A stretch of 64,000 bases of DNA from Bdellovibrionota bacterium. Lineage in GTDB: Bacteria > Bdellovibrionota_C > UBA2361 > OMIW01. The stretch is from the NCBI GenBank assembly GCA_044235645.1, contig JBIIHQ010000003.1:320-64319 (forward strand), in the 5' to 3' direction. This document shows positions 29,285-39,654 of the stretch, one piece after another. A program made the position numbers and the translations under genes. Each line of letters starts with the position of its first letter. The stretch's first letter is position 1. The notes beneath the pieces were generated by a model. That model worked only from the letters and a program-made list of their open reading frames with translations. It searched no databases and was not told the origin of the DNA.

Positions 29285-29974
29285 TCAACGTAGTACGCTG
29301 TCCGAAACCACGGCCCGATATCGGTACGCAATTCCCCCCGTCAAGGCGCGACTCTCGGGATTAACGAATCCCGCTTCGCGCAACAACTCACAAAAAGCGC
29401 CGTCGCACGGGAAGAGGCGCGACGTTTCTGGGAGGTATTCGTATGCTGCTCTATCTCCCGTCACGAGACCTCCCAACCGCGGCAATATCCATCGGCTGTA
29501 GCTTTCGTATACCTTGGCAAAAAAAGCGTTCCGTGGCTGACCAAACTCGAGGACATGGATCGTGCCCCCCGGCTTCAGCACCCGATGAAGCTCGCGAAGC
29601 CCCGCAAGCGGGTCCTCGAAATTACGCACGCCAAAAGCAACGGTTATGGCATCAAAGGTCGAATCGGCGAACGGTAGTCTCAACCCATCGCCACACACGA
29701 GGCTCTTCAGTCCACGGGCTGCACCAACTTCAAGCATCGGCAAACAAAAATCCACTCCAACCGCAAGCCGACATCGCCGCAGCAACAGCGCCAACACTCC
29801 CCCCGTCCCCGTCGCCACATCGAGCACTGCCGCGGTCGGCGGGACGGCACGAACCAATCCATGCCGCCAAAGCAGATGAATCCCCCCACTCAGCACGTTA
29901 TTCGCAAAATCATACCGCCGTGCTATCCGTCCGAACATCGACTGAACGCTCCGCGCTTGCACCTGAACTGCCAT
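29285..29974 (-). CDS. ubiE: Demethylmenaquinone / ubiquinone C-methyltransferase
   Basis: MFGRIARRYDFANNVLSGGIHLLWR and VLDVATGTGG (SAM motif I) are present, in a protein of about 229 aa. Confidence 0.8.
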   Translation of the reverse strand: MAVQVQARSVQSMFGRIARRYDFANNVLSGGIHLLWRHGLVRAVPPTAAVLDVATGTGGVLALLLRRCRLAVGVDFCLPMLEVGAARGLKSLVCGDGLRLPFADSTFDAITVAFGVRNFEDPLAGLRELHRVLKPGGTIHVLEFGQPRNAFFAKVYESYSRWILPRLGGLVTGDRAAYEYLPETSRLFPCDGAFCELLREAGFVNPESRALTGGIAYRYRAVVSDSVLR

Positions 29975-30412
29975 CGGTCACCCTCCGCGACTATCCCTGA
30001 ATGGGGAATCAATCCGGTTCACGACGGCCGATAGCCGCCACGGCGAGCAGAAACGGGGATTGTGCCCCTCTCTTCTCGGGCTCTACCATACGTGGGGAAT
30101 ATCCCCCAAAGCCCTTGAGTTGCTCCCGAAGCAGTATGCACCGAGTACCCCTCGCCGCAAACCCCACCACCCTGAAATCTTAGTAAACCACTCCGTATGA
30201 CCTCATCGTCCCGGCCCCCTTCACCACCGCGCACCACCCGGACACAACGAAAACGGGCACGCGAGCGCGCAGCCCGGGCCAACGCTCCCCGCCATCAATT
30301 CCAAATACCACCGCGGCATCGGGCGTCTTCAGCTGACCCGACAACCAGTATCGCGGCTCTCCCCCCCAAAGATCACCCCTCTCGGAACGGCGCCTCTTCG
30401 CATCACGCCACG

Positions 30413-31330
30413 ATGCCTCCAATACCATTACCCTCGGCGCACGGTGCCGAGGGGGTCATTCATTCAGCTCTTCCCTCCTCCTCCCCCTCCCTCTTAGCAG
30501 AGCTTCCCCTCGCACTCGCGGTTAGTGGCGCGGGGCTCCTCGGAGTTGTCGTCTCGTTAGGGATAATCCTGAGAGGGGACATACTATTTCCCCACCGCAT
30601 CCAAGCGCTCTTAGCGGTTTTGATTGCGGCCGCAACCTGGTCACTTTGTAGTCGCGGTGCCCCCCTCCTTCCGAAAATTAGCCCTCGCTGGGCCCGCATC
30701 TGTGCAAGCGGAATATTTCTTTTAGCGATTTTTTTCCTCCTCGCCGCCGTGCATCGGACGAAGGAGATGCTCGCTTATATAAACGGGGGATTTAATGCCT
30801 TCTTGATCCTCACCCTTGCTTTAACAGCCGACGCTGTTTTAAAGGTACGCCAGCGACTCGACCTCCGATATGTGGCCGTTTTCTCGTGGGCAACCATGCT
30901 CGGAGCACTCTCACTTGCGACCATGCTCGGTGGGTGGGACGTCGGCTCGGCGATAATAGCGACTGGCTATGGAGCTCTCTGCGCAGCCGTCGCCCTCGCG
31001 ACGGATCGACCATTGAGCGCCAAAAGGTCGGCTCCTGCGTATCGCTCGCTCGTGTTCGCAGGAGCCGTTTCCCTCCCGGCTCTCGCAGTGCTTTCGGGAC
31101 AACCGCCATGGTATCTGGTGACCTATGCTCTCCTTATTCCCACGTTCTTTCACCTCCGCCCTCTTACGCCCTCCACCCCTTTTCCCTCGCCTTTCCGGTC
31201 GCTGAGTCTCGCTGCCTGGTTTTTGGGATGCTTGGTGATGCTTGCTCTCGTGAATGCCTATCTCGCAAAGGAGCCGCAAAGGGATAAAATTTCAGATGAA
31301 AAAGCTGCTCAGGCCACAGTACGTGAGTAG
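30413..31330 (+). CDS. Hypothetical polytopic membrane protein
   Basis: About 305 aa with multiple hydrophobic spans. The ORF starts at 30197, and the internal Met was chosen as the start. Confidence 0.4.
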   Translation: MPPIPLPSAHGAEGVIHSALPSSSPSLLAELPLALAVSGAGLLGVVVSLGIILRGDILFPHRIQALLAVLIAAATWSLCSRGAPLLPKISPRWARICASGIFLLAIFFLLAAVHRTKEMLAYINGGFNAFLILTLALTADAVLKVRQRLDLRYVAVFSWATMLGALSLATMLGGWDVGSAIIATGYGALCAAVALATDRPLSAKRSAPAYRSLVFAGAVSLPALAVLSGQPPWYLVTYALLIPTFFHLRPLTPSTPFPSPFRSLSLAAWFLGCLVMLALVNAYLAKEPQRDKISDEKAAQATVRE

Positions 31331-31443
31331 TTCCTCCCTGATTTTCCGGTCATAGTAATTTAACTCTTCCCATGACCCTCACCCTCTGCAAGGATCGTCT
31401 CTATCACGCGTTAGCCGCACCCGCGATTCCGGAGAAATAATTT

Positions 31444-32526
31444 ATGCAGCTATCAGGCGATATCGTTTTCACCTCAGGGGCCGTCGGAGATACCGATATC
31501 TGGCGACTTGATCTCGAAACCCGGGCACTCACCCAACTCACCACCGGCAATGATATGAACGAGCAACCTCGCTGGTCCCCCAGCGGGAGTCGCATAGCCT
31601 TCATCTCAAACCGCGACAAAGGCATTCCAAAACTTTTTATCATGGGGGCGAATGGGGGACAGGTAACTCAACTCACCAAAGGCGACCATTTTTGTGATGG
31701 CGTCTCGTGGTTCCCCGATGGACAGCGGATCCTCTTCAGCGGAAACCTTCAGCAATCAGATGAGATAGACCTTTTCTCGATTGACACGCGAAATCAACAA
31801 CCACCCCTCAAGGTAATGACCGGAGAGGGCATCGAATCTGGGCCCTGCGTCTCTCCCGACGGCTCGCATATTCTCTACTGCGTTGCCTCCGAATCCGAGG
31901 AGCCGGGCCTTCCCCGAAATTATGATATCTGGGAGTATCATATCCAGTCTGGAAGGCGAAACCAGATGACCGATCATCTTCTTCGGGATTTTTCCGCCCG
32001 CTACGCTCCAGATGGACATCGTATCGCCTTCATATCGCAAAGGACCCGAGGAGACGAAGAAGAGCTCACAAAAGCCTTTGCCCATCTGCAACACCTCGTG
32101 CTCACCTCGGCGCCAATTCGCGAGATTGATAACGCTATCCGTGCGGTTCAGGGACTTGAGCGACGAGCCGATCTCTGGCTCTTAGATCGACATCAACCCA
32201 AACTCGCTTATCCGTTAACGTCGGGCCGCCTCGTCTCTGCCTCATTCACCTGGTCTCCCGATGGTCGATACATATGCTATGCAGCAGCAGAACCCGAAAG
32301 TGACGGCGTGACCCGGCTTCACGTCGTCGATGTCAAAACGGGAGAATCAGAACCTCTCGAATTCGACCGAACCCCCCTGATGGTAGAGCTCAAAACAGAT
32401 GATGCCCGCCTCCTCAGCCGCACAGGCCTCGGTTGGCTGATACCCGATTTTCTGCAAAGAAGGATGGTGCCCCGGGTGGTTCATGGGTCAGAGTACCAAC
32501 CAGACTGGCGGGGCGAGGCTGGGTGA
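31444..32526 (+). CDS. TolB-like / PD40 beta-propeller repeat protein
   Basis: WSPDGSRIAFISNRDKG, WFPDGQRILFSG and YAPDGHRIAFISQR are repeated PD40 motifs. Confidence 0.7.
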   Translation: MQLSGDIVFTSGAVGDTDIWRLDLETRALTQLTTGNDMNEQPRWSPSGSRIAFISNRDKGIPKLFIMGANGGQVTQLTKGDHFCDGVSWFPDGQRILFSGNLQQSDEIDLFSIDTRNQQPPLKVMTGEGIESGPCVSPDGSHILYCVASESEEPGLPRNYDIWEYHIQSGRRNQMTDHLLRDFSARYAPDGHRIAFISQRTRGDEEELTKAFAHLQHLVLTSAPIREIDNAIRAVQGLERRADLWLLDRHQPKLAYPLTSGRLVSASFTWSPDGRYICYAAAEPESDGVTRLHVVDVKTGESEPLEFDRTPLMVELKTDDARLLSRTGLGWLIPDFLQRRMVPRVVHGSEYQPDWRGEAG

Positions 32527-32715
32527 TGGTTAAGTAAGCGTTCTCTCAGATGTCGCCACGTCAGTATAAATCGTTTGCCCCTGAGCTACCACTCGGTCGA
32601 GAGTCTGTCACAAAGGTCCCCGAGCGAATGCAGATCCTCTCAGAGATCTTTTGCGCGAAATCGTCCGCAACAGTGTCTGAGGTTACCCGATTGTCATTGA
32701 AGGTAATCATCAATT

Positions 32716-33852
32716 TCACCTCGGGTAAAGTTTGTAGTACCTCGAAAGAACATCAGGAGCGGAAGGATTATCGTAGCGTGGAGTGTTACGCATGGCCTCT
32801 ATGTGAGCGTTGACCACATCACTCGATACCGGCTCCACAAAGATCGTCGCCCCCTTATCAGGCCCGCCTACCGTAAGATTCGGGGAAATTGCCACATGAA
32901 CTCCAGCAACCCGCCCATCCACGACGTAGGCAGAGCCACTTGTTCCTGGCTCCGTCGGGAAAGTAGAGTGGTACCCGAGGACGCTCGCGGCAACCCCTTC
33001 GATGCCTTTCGGGTGAAGGTTTGATGCCGGCCCGTTCGTAGATGCCGTATAAACACCGACGTTATTAGCCATAATCTCAACCTGAGCCCCTTCAGCTCCT
33101 AATTCCTGCCGGGAAGTGATGCCGAGCCCCGTTGCCGCGACAGTATCACAAAGCCCTTGCGGATCTTTTTCCGTACCGTCACACGATGGACCAAATGTCC
33201 CTGCAGGCGCCCCCGCAACAAGGGTTGCGGATGTGGTCAGAAGGTCCCGACGTCCGTCCGGGGAAATCGCTGCAACGGGCAACCGCGGTCCACCAGCCGG
33301 GACCGTGAAGGACACCAAAGCCAAGTCTGGCTGCCCTCCGGAGGGTTTTGAAGATACCCGATCCACCGGATAAATCCCGTCCTTGGTTATCACATGCGGT
33401 GGCACCGATCCCTTCTTGTCAGGTGCCGTTGGATCGTTGAACACCCATCCAGGCTCTACCCGTCCGGAGGATGAATAGGGAACGTGACCTGCTGTGAGGG
33501 CATAGTACGTCATGGAACCATCCGGATTGCTCTGCGAGTGAACGACCATTCCTGAGCCCGGATCGCCAGCTCCTTGAATCTCAACGATCCCCCCTTTGAG
33601 CACCTTATTCTGTAAACCTATGGCCGCCGAAGGTACGGATATCGAGCCTCGAGGTAGAGGCATCGTTTGAAATAACTCCGCCCGGGGGGGAGCGCTTGCA
33701 CCAAGAGGTGACGGGCGAATGCCAGCAGTACCTGGACCCACGGGCGGAAGAGTCGCTGTACCCTTGCCCTCTTCTGCGGGATGAGGAGGTTGAATCGGAG
33801 GTGTCGGAAGTGATTGACCTATTGGCATGGCGTTCCACACGGAGAAAGTCAA
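32716..33852 (-). CDS. Secreted trypsin-like (S1 family) serine protease with a Pro-rich N-terminus
   Basis: A candidate catalytic triad is present: YALTAGHV for His, DLALVSF for Asp and GTSGSAYV for Ser. Confidence 0.5.
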   Translation of the reverse strand: MTFSVWNAMPIGQSLPTPPIQPPHPAEEGKGTATLPPVGPGTAGIRPSPLGASAPPRAELFQTMPLPRGSISVPSAAIGLQNKVLKGGIVEIQGAGDPGSGMVVHSQSNPDGSMTYYALTAGHVPYSSSGRVEPGWVFNDPTAPDKKGSVPPHVITKDGIYPVDRVSSKPSGGQPDLALVSFTVPAGGPRLPVAAISPDGRRDLLTTSATLVAGAPAGTFGPSCDGTEKDPQGLCDTVAATGLGITSRQELGAEGAQVEIMANNVGVYTASTNGPASNLHPKGIEGVAASVLGYHSTFPTEPGTSGSAYVVDGRVAGVHVAISPNLTVGGPDKGATIFVEPVSSDVVNAHIEAMRNTPRYDNPSAPDVLSRYYKLYPR

Positions 33853-34019
33853 ATCACAAGGTGTCGCTCTTGCTTTTGCTTTCGAATTGTTAAGCCTTTC
33901 GTCAAGAAGAAGAGGAGGTTATCACTCATGCAGCCAATACATTGCGACGTCTTCGACATCCCTTCTCAAGAGTTATGCAAGAGAAAAGTTTGGAGGTTCA
34001 AAAAATAAATAAGCTGCTC

Positions 34020-35234
34020 TCATTTTATCCAATGAACCGAATTTTTTGCCCCCCAATCCCGCCGAACCTTCCCCCAAAAGCCAAAAAACCCACCCCCCGC
34101 CGCCGGCATGTACCGCGTATCCCAAACTCTCCGATGCCAACCCACTGACACCCCGCGCAATTCAAGCTGCTCGGCAAGATGCTCCACAGCGATTCGCCCC
34201 TCGCCAACAGGCGGAATAAACGTATGAACGGTCGGGGTGGGGGATTGTTTTACGAGGGGGAAAAGTTCCTCGGCGGTTCTGACAAGCGGGGCTTCCACCC
34301 TGGTGGCAGTGTCAGCTCGGAGCCGGGTTATATGGGCACGTACCCGCTCGCTCAACGAGGTAAGCTCGAGATCGAGCACGGCATATCTAAACCGCTGCGT
34401 CGCCTCTTGAGTCTTCCCGTCAAGGGGGCTACCCTCCCCCCTTCTCCATTCCTCAGCAAGGTCCGCCGAAAGATCATCATCGTGCAGCAAAATAATCGAT
34501 CCGGGTGGTGGCGGAGCTGTTGATACCTCGCGCAGCGGCTCACACGGCGGGTGATTTACCCCTTCCGGCCCATTGAACACCGCATCTACCGCGAGCTGGC
34601 CTTCCGACGGCACCCACCGGCCCTCTGAAAAGGTTGCGATATTGTCAGGCCGCGCGAGATAGATTTTACCAGCGGTGTGTCGCCCTGCCACCCAACGCCA
34701 CGAAAGGGTGTTCGAGGCGGGATCGCCATCAAGAAGATGGTGATACATCAATGAAGCTCCGAGCTGCCACGGTAGCTTCAGAGTGAAGATCCAGACACTC
34801 GCAAACCACATCCTGGTGTGATTGTGTAGATAACCCGTATTCTTCAGCTCAGCGACCCAGTCATTGAAGAACGAGAGTTTTGTTTGCCCCTCGCACGCAC
34901 CAAGATAGAGAGAATCTTTCTGATATTGCTCCCTTAACAGCGCAACCTCGTCGTGATACGTCGACCACACCGATGGTCTCATCTCGAGCCACCCTTTCCA
35001 GTAGGTGCGCCACAGAATCTCTTGAATGAACTTCTCCGCCACCGACAGGGAATACCGTGCCATCACCGCGCGAGCACACTCCTCCTCAGTGATGACCCGA
35101 TACCGAATCCAGTGCGAAAGCCGCGATACCTCTTGGTACCCCGCCCGCACATAATTCCTCTCCCGTCCGTACCGCGGCACGGCGGGCAGAAACTCCTCGA
35201 GTCTCCGAAGAGCTTCGTCGCGAGCGCTCATCAT
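34020..35234 (-). CDS. Photolyase/cryptochrome FAD-binding-domain protein that lacks the N-terminal alpha/beta photolyase domain
   Basis: The N-terminal half (WRTYWKGWLEMRP..., LDGDPASNTLSWRWVAG) matches the FAD-binding domain of the DNA photolyase family. The C-terminal half, about 200 aa, is unrelated. Confidence 0.7.
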   Translation of the reverse strand: MMSARDEALRRLEEFLPAVPRYGRERNYVRAGYQEVSRLSHWIRYRVITEEECARAVMARYSLSVAEKFIQEILWRTYWKGWLEMRPSVWSTYHDEVALLREQYQKDSLYLGACEGQTKLSFFNDWVAELKNTGYLHNHTRMWFASVWIFTLKLPWQLGASLMYHHLLDGDPASNTLSWRWVAGRHTAGKIYLARPDNIATFSEGRWVPSEGQLAVDAVFNGPEGVNHPPCEPLREVSTAPPPPGSIILLHDDDLSADLAEEWRRGEGSPLDGKTQEATQRFRYAVLDLELTSLSERVRAHITRLRADTATRVEAPLVRTAEELFPLVKQSPTPTVHTFIPPVGEGRIAVEHLAEQLELRGVSVGWHRRVWDTRYMPAAGGGFFGFWGKVRRDWGAKNSVHWIK

Positions 35235-35264
35235 GATTTCCCAGAATAAAAATTCTCTCCCCGA

Positions 35265-35627
35265 TTATTGGTAAAGCGCAAGACCGAGGGTGACCACCAA
35301 TAATAGTGCCGCGGGTGCCCACAATACCGCCCGATCCCTCACCTTGGCCCGCACCAGAAGGGCGCAGACCATCATCAGCGCAAGCCCTGACGAACTCATA
35401 CAACGGATGGTGGGGCTAAAAAATCCTACAAGCAACCCGAGTCCCCCGAGTATTTCCAAACTCCCGGTTAGTCGCTGGATAGAGCGCAATCCCCACCGTT
35501 CAAACTCAGCGGTCAACGCCCGAGAAAAAAAACAGGCGATCCCGTACACAAGAAACGCAACGGCAGTGCCGAGCTGAACAAGGGAAAAAAGTATCGGGAT
35601 CATCGAGCTAAAAAAAAGTCTAACCAA
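35265..35627 (-). CDS. DoxX family membrane protein
   Basis: 120 aa with hydrophobic helices and a pattern that fits DoxX-like proteins. Confidence 0.55.
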   Translation of the reverse strand: MVRLFFSSMIPILFSLVQLGTAVAFLVYGIACFFSRALTAEFERWGLRSIQRLTGSLEILGGLGLLVGFFSPTIRCMSSSGLALMMVCALLVRAKVRDRAVLWAPAALLLVVTLGLALYQ

Positions 35628-35697
35628 GCATGACCCTCCATGCTACCGTTTGACGTGAGGGTAGTGTCAACCCACATTCATCCCTGAGAGCTTCTTT

Positions 35698-36069
35698 ATG
35701 ATTTCATCCACAATCGCCCCCCTCCTTCAGATTATCATCGCGTGTGGTCTTCTGAATGTATGGTTGGTAAGATTCAATCGAAGCACCGCCTATCGGGGTG
35801 GGAATGCGACTAACCTGGTCGAGGAGTTCGCGGTCTACGGACTATCCCCCACCTTCTGCTATGCAATCGGAGCGCTCAAAGTGGGCTCGGCGCTCGTCTT
35901 GCTTCTCGGCCTGAAGCTTCCCTTTCTTGTCGCCCCTGCTGCAGCACTCGTTGCCGCTTTGATGGTAGGGGCGGTCGCCATGCACGCCAAGGTGAAAGAC
36001 CCCGTTAAAAAGGCGATCCCCGCGTCACTGATGCTGGCGATGAGTGTGGCACTTTATTGGAGCGTTTGA
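35698..36069 (+). CDS. DoxX family membrane protein
   Basis: 123-aa paralog of the previous gene, transcribed divergently from it. Confidence 0.55.
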   Translation: MISSTIAPLLQIIIACGLLNVWLVRFNRSTAYRGGNATNLVEEFAVYGLSPTFCYAIGALKVGSALVLLLGLKLPFLVAPAAALVAALMVGAVAMHAKVKDPVKKAIPASLMLAMSVALYWSV

Positions 36070-36251
36070 GTACTAATAAGTCCCACATAATCGTTTTCGT
36101 CCAGCCCGCGGTGGTTGAGGCGCCCTTTTTTACTCTTCCGGTAAAGTCAGCCCTGGAATAGGGGCAAACATCCCCGCGCCCAACACCTCCCTCGGCGCAC
36201 ACCTCGCCTCTCGATTGACGCACCGTGCTCCCCAACGTACCATAGAGCTGG

Positions 36252-36887
36252 TTGTTTTTATTAATTCTATGGCACACCGTGAGCTTCATCGATCGCTTCA
36301 TCTCCTTTACGTGCGACGTATCGCTCACTGATCGCGATGTGCACGAACGTGCCCGCCGAAAACTTCCCCGGCACGAGCGGGAGGACGCTCGTCAGTTTTA
36401 CGCAAAGGTCGTAGCGGCGTGGTACCTCCACCGCCCCCTCCTGATGATAGCAGCAGAGCCGATTGACGAGGGGACTCCGCGGCTCTCGATAACAGCCCCC
36501 GAGGGCCATTACGAGCTGTGGGCCGATGTGGGAGAAGCATCCGCCCGCCGACTCCGGGCCGCGACTCGACTGCGACCGACCCCGGAGATATTTCAATTTT
36601 TTTACGATGATGATCACCTGGCTCCACTTCTGACGGCGTTGCGGGGAAGCACTGAAAACTGGGTTGACAAGATCCACTTCATCAAACTCGACCCTGACCT
36701 TCTTGATCACCTCATCGAACACGAAGCGACCGTCCCGGGAACAACAAGCCAGCACTGGAGCTTTACGATGCCCGATGATCAAACTCTCTACCTCGCTGTT
36801 GATGGGGCATTTTTTGCATCGAGCATCACCGAAATATCTATCTGGGACGCGTTCCAAAAGAGTCTCAACGGTATCGATTTGAATTAA
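36252..36887 (+). CDS. Hypothetical protein
   Basis: The plus-strand ORF has a more natural composition than the overlapping minus-strand ORF at 36267..37100, and it lies upstream of valS on the same strand. Confidence 0.3.
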   Translation: MFLLILWHTVSFIDRFISFTCDVSLTDRDVHERARRKLPRHEREDARQFYAKVVAAWYLHRPLLMIAAEPIDEGTPRLSITAPEGHYELWADVGEASARRLRAATRLRPTPEIFQFFYDDDHLAPLLTALRGSTENWVDKIHFIKLDPDLLDHLIEHEATVPGTTSQHWSFTMPDDQTLYLAVDGAFFASSITEISIWDAFQKSLNGIDLN

Positions 36888-36935
36888 TTTCGCTGACCTA
36901 TTCTCAAAAACCAACCTTGTAAAAGCCGCTGTCCT

Positions 36936-39650
36936 ATGGATTCCTCCTTTGAAAAATTCTTCGAACATCGCGACCGTGAACCCGCCATTTATGCGCAGTG
37001 GGAAGAGGCAAACGTGTTTTCTCCTGAGAGCGGTCGCGATCAATCGCTTCCCCTCTTCTCCGATTGCCTTCCCCCACCGAATGCCAACGGCGAGCTTCAT
37101 TTAGGACATTCGTTCGGCTACACCGTGATGGATGCGCTTGCGCGGTTTTATCGGCTGCGAGGCCACCCCGTCCTCCTAGTACCGGGGAAAGATCACGCAG
37201 GCATCCAGACCCAATGGGTTTTTGAAGCACGGCTGCGAAACGAGGGGGGTGAACCCTCATCGGCTCCTCGTGAAAAGCTCTTTGAAGAGTGCTATAAATT
37301 CTGCACCGATCGAGCGCATTACATGCAAAACCAGGAGAAAGCCCTCGGACTCTCAGCCGATTGGTCCAAGGAACTCTTCACCCTCGATCACCGACTCTCC
37401 GATATCATCTACGACACCTTCATCAAGATGTATCACGATGGGCTCATTTATCGTGGCACAAGGATAATAAACTGGTCGGTGCTCGCACAGACCGGCATCT
37501 CCGATGTCGAGGTTGAGTATGTTGAGAGGAAAGGAACCCTCTGGACGATCTTCTACCCATTCCCAGGTGTTGACATCACCACCCTTCCCGAGGGAGCCGA
37601 ACCGGTCAGCGGAGAGCACGGCCTCGCCATAGCCACCACCCGTCCTGAGACGATGCTCGGCGATGTCGCTCTCGCGGTCCATCCCGAAGATGCACGCTAT
37701 CAATCCCTCATCGGTAGAGAGATTCAGCTCCCCCTCACCTCCCGCACCATTTCGATCATCGCTGATAGCCGGGTCGATAAAGATTTTGGGACCGGTGTGG
37801 TGAAGATCACCCCCGCACACGATTTCCTCGACTATGAAATCGGCGCAACCCACCACCTTCCCGCGGTCCAGGTGATCGGAAAGGATGGTCGCATGACCAA
37901 CGAGGCGGGCGCCCCGTTTATCGGCCTTTCGACGCAAGAGTGTCGACAACGGGTGCTTGAGCAGCTTGAATCGCTGAAACTCCTCCGCAAAATAACCCCC
38001 ATAACCCACAAGGTACCGATCGGTGAGAGGAGCAAAGATGTCATTGAGCCACTCCTCTCCGAGCAGTGGTTTCTTGCGGTCGACAAGCCGGGACACAGCA
38101 TCAGGGAGCGAGCTCTCTCGTTTCTCCGTGAAGGTAAAGTTCGTGTGTATCCCGCCCGGATGAGCACTTTGTTTGAGCAGTGGCTCGAGAAACTTCGCGA
38201 CTGGAATATCTCTCGCCAGCTCTGGTGGGGGCACCGACTCCCCGTCTGGTATCGAACCGGCACGAATCGCTCCGAGATCCACGTGGGGAAGACGGCTCCC
38301 GAACCAATAGGGTGGGAGCAAGAGACTGACACCTTCGACACCTGGTTCTCATCGGGGCAGTGGGCGTTCTCAACCCTTGCGACTCACGGGATGCTCGATC
38401 TCGATTCCCCCCGAGAATCATCGGTATTTCCGTCTCACACGATGGTGATGGGGCGCGACATCCTCTTTTTCTGGGCGTGTCGGATGTTGCTGCTAACCGC
38501 CTATCGATTAGATAACATTCCCTGGCAAAACATTTACTTTCACGGACTCATCCTTGATGAGAAGGGTCAGAAGATGTCCAAATCGAAGGGGAACGGTATA
38601 AACCCAATAGATGCTCTCGAACAGCACGGCGCCGATGCGCTTCGACTTGCGCTCCTCATCGGGACCGCGCAAGGGCAAGATATTCCCTTCTCACTCCGAA
38701 AAGTTGAGGGATACGCCAAGTTTACTAATAAACTGTGGAACGCAGCGAAGCTTATTAGCACCAAGCTCGCCGATATTCCCGAATCGGACCCCGCATACCG
38801 CTGCCCTTACGACCTTGCGCTTTCGCGGTGGATAGTTGAACGGCTCCATCGCACCCATGCGGAGGTGACGAAGCGCTTTCTCGATTATGAAATCCCCCTT
38901 GCATGTGACGAACTTTACAGTTTCACGTGGTTTACCTTCTGCGATTGGTACCTCGAAGGGATGAAGCTTCTGATCGAGCAGGGGACCGCCTCGCATCGAG
39001 AAGAGGTCGCGTATGTCGCGCGTACCACCCTCCGCGCGGTTCTCACCATGTTTCATCCGGTGGCTCCCTTTGTGACCGAGGAGATTTACCAGAAACTGTT
39101 CGCCGATCGTGGGGAAGCAGCGAGGAGCGGAGGTGCTTCCGAAGCGGGACCTCATCGTGCCGACCTTCTCGCGCTGGCCCCATGGGATCGCCTCCCGGAG
39201 GCTCCCACCTCATCGGGGGATTCTGAGATCGCGGAGTGTATCGAGGTAGTCGAGACGATCCGTGCCATCAAAGCGGCCCTTCGTATCCCCCATCAGGTGA
39301 TCGATGTTTCTTTAGAGCGGGCATTGACGGATGAGCAACGGATCCTTATCAGTGGGCTCGCCCGGGTCAATTTTGTCGAGCGTCAAGCGATCCCGTCCGA
39401 GCGGGCGCTCTGTAAACCTTACTCAAAGGGCGAAATAGTCTGTAACGTGGAGAACAAAGAGTTGTATCGGGCGCAGCTCGAAAAGGATCTCGCCGCTGCG
39501 GAGACCCTCGTCATACAGCTTGAGAAAAAGCTCTCAGGAGGCTTTGCATCGCACGCCGACCCAGTACTTGTCGCTAAAGAGCGGGAACGGCTCGCCGATT
39601 CGGAGCGGATGATCGCTAGCCTGCGTTCGGAGCTGATCGGTTCCAATTAG
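36936..39650 (+). CDS. valS: Valyl-tRNA synthetase
   Basis: 904 aa. PPPNANGELHLGHSF is the HIGH-type motif, KMSKSKGN is the KMSKS motif, and a C-terminal coiled coil is present. Confidence 0.95.
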   Translation: MDSSFEKFFEHRDREPAIYAQWEEANVFSPESGRDQSLPLFSDCLPPPNANGELHLGHSFGYTVMDALARFYRLRGHPVLLVPGKDHAGIQTQWVFEARLRNEGGEPSSAPREKLFEECYKFCTDRAHYMQNQEKALGLSADWSKELFTLDHRLSDIIYDTFIKMYHDGLIYRGTRIINWSVLAQTGISDVEVEYVERKGTLWTIFYPFPGVDITTLPEGAEPVSGEHGLAIATTRPETMLGDVALAVHPEDARYQSLIGREIQLPLTSRTISIIADSRVDKDFGTGVVKITPAHDFLDYEIGATHHLPAVQVIGKDGRMTNEAGAPFIGLSTQECRQRVLEQLESLKLLRKITPITHKVPIGERSKDVIEPLLSEQWFLAVDKPGHSIRERALSFLREGKVRVYPARMSTLFEQWLEKLRDWNISRQLWWGHRLPVWYRTGTNRSEIHVGKTAPEPIGWEQETDTFDTWFSSGQWAFSTLATHGMLDLDSPRESSVFPSHTMVMGRDILFFWACRMLLLTAYRLDNIPWQNIYFHGLILDEKGQKMSKSKGNGINPIDALEQHGADALRLALLIGTAQGQDIPFSLRKVEGYAKFTNKLWNAAKLISTKLADIPESDPAYRCPYDLALSRWIVERLHRTHAEVTKRFLDYEIPLACDELYSFTWFTFCDWYLEGMKLLIEQGTASHREEVAYVARTTLRAVLTMFHPVAPFVTEEIYQKLFADRGEAARSGGASEAGPHRADLLALAPWDRLPEAPTSSGDSEIAECIEVVETIRAIKAALRIPHQVIDVSLERALTDEQRILISGLARVNFVERQAIPSERALCKPYSKGEIVCNVENKELYRAQLEKDLAAAETLVIQLEKKLSGGFASHADPVLVAKERERLADSERMIASLRSELIGSN

Positions 39651-39654
39651 CAAG

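Noticed and set aside
36267-37100. 277-aa minus-strand ORF that overlaps the 36252..36887 plus-strand ORF and the start of valS
   Set aside because: Its composition is rich in Arg, Gly and Cys, like an antisense frame of GC-rich coding DNA. It would overlap the valS start. The plus-strand ORF was preferred, with low confidence.
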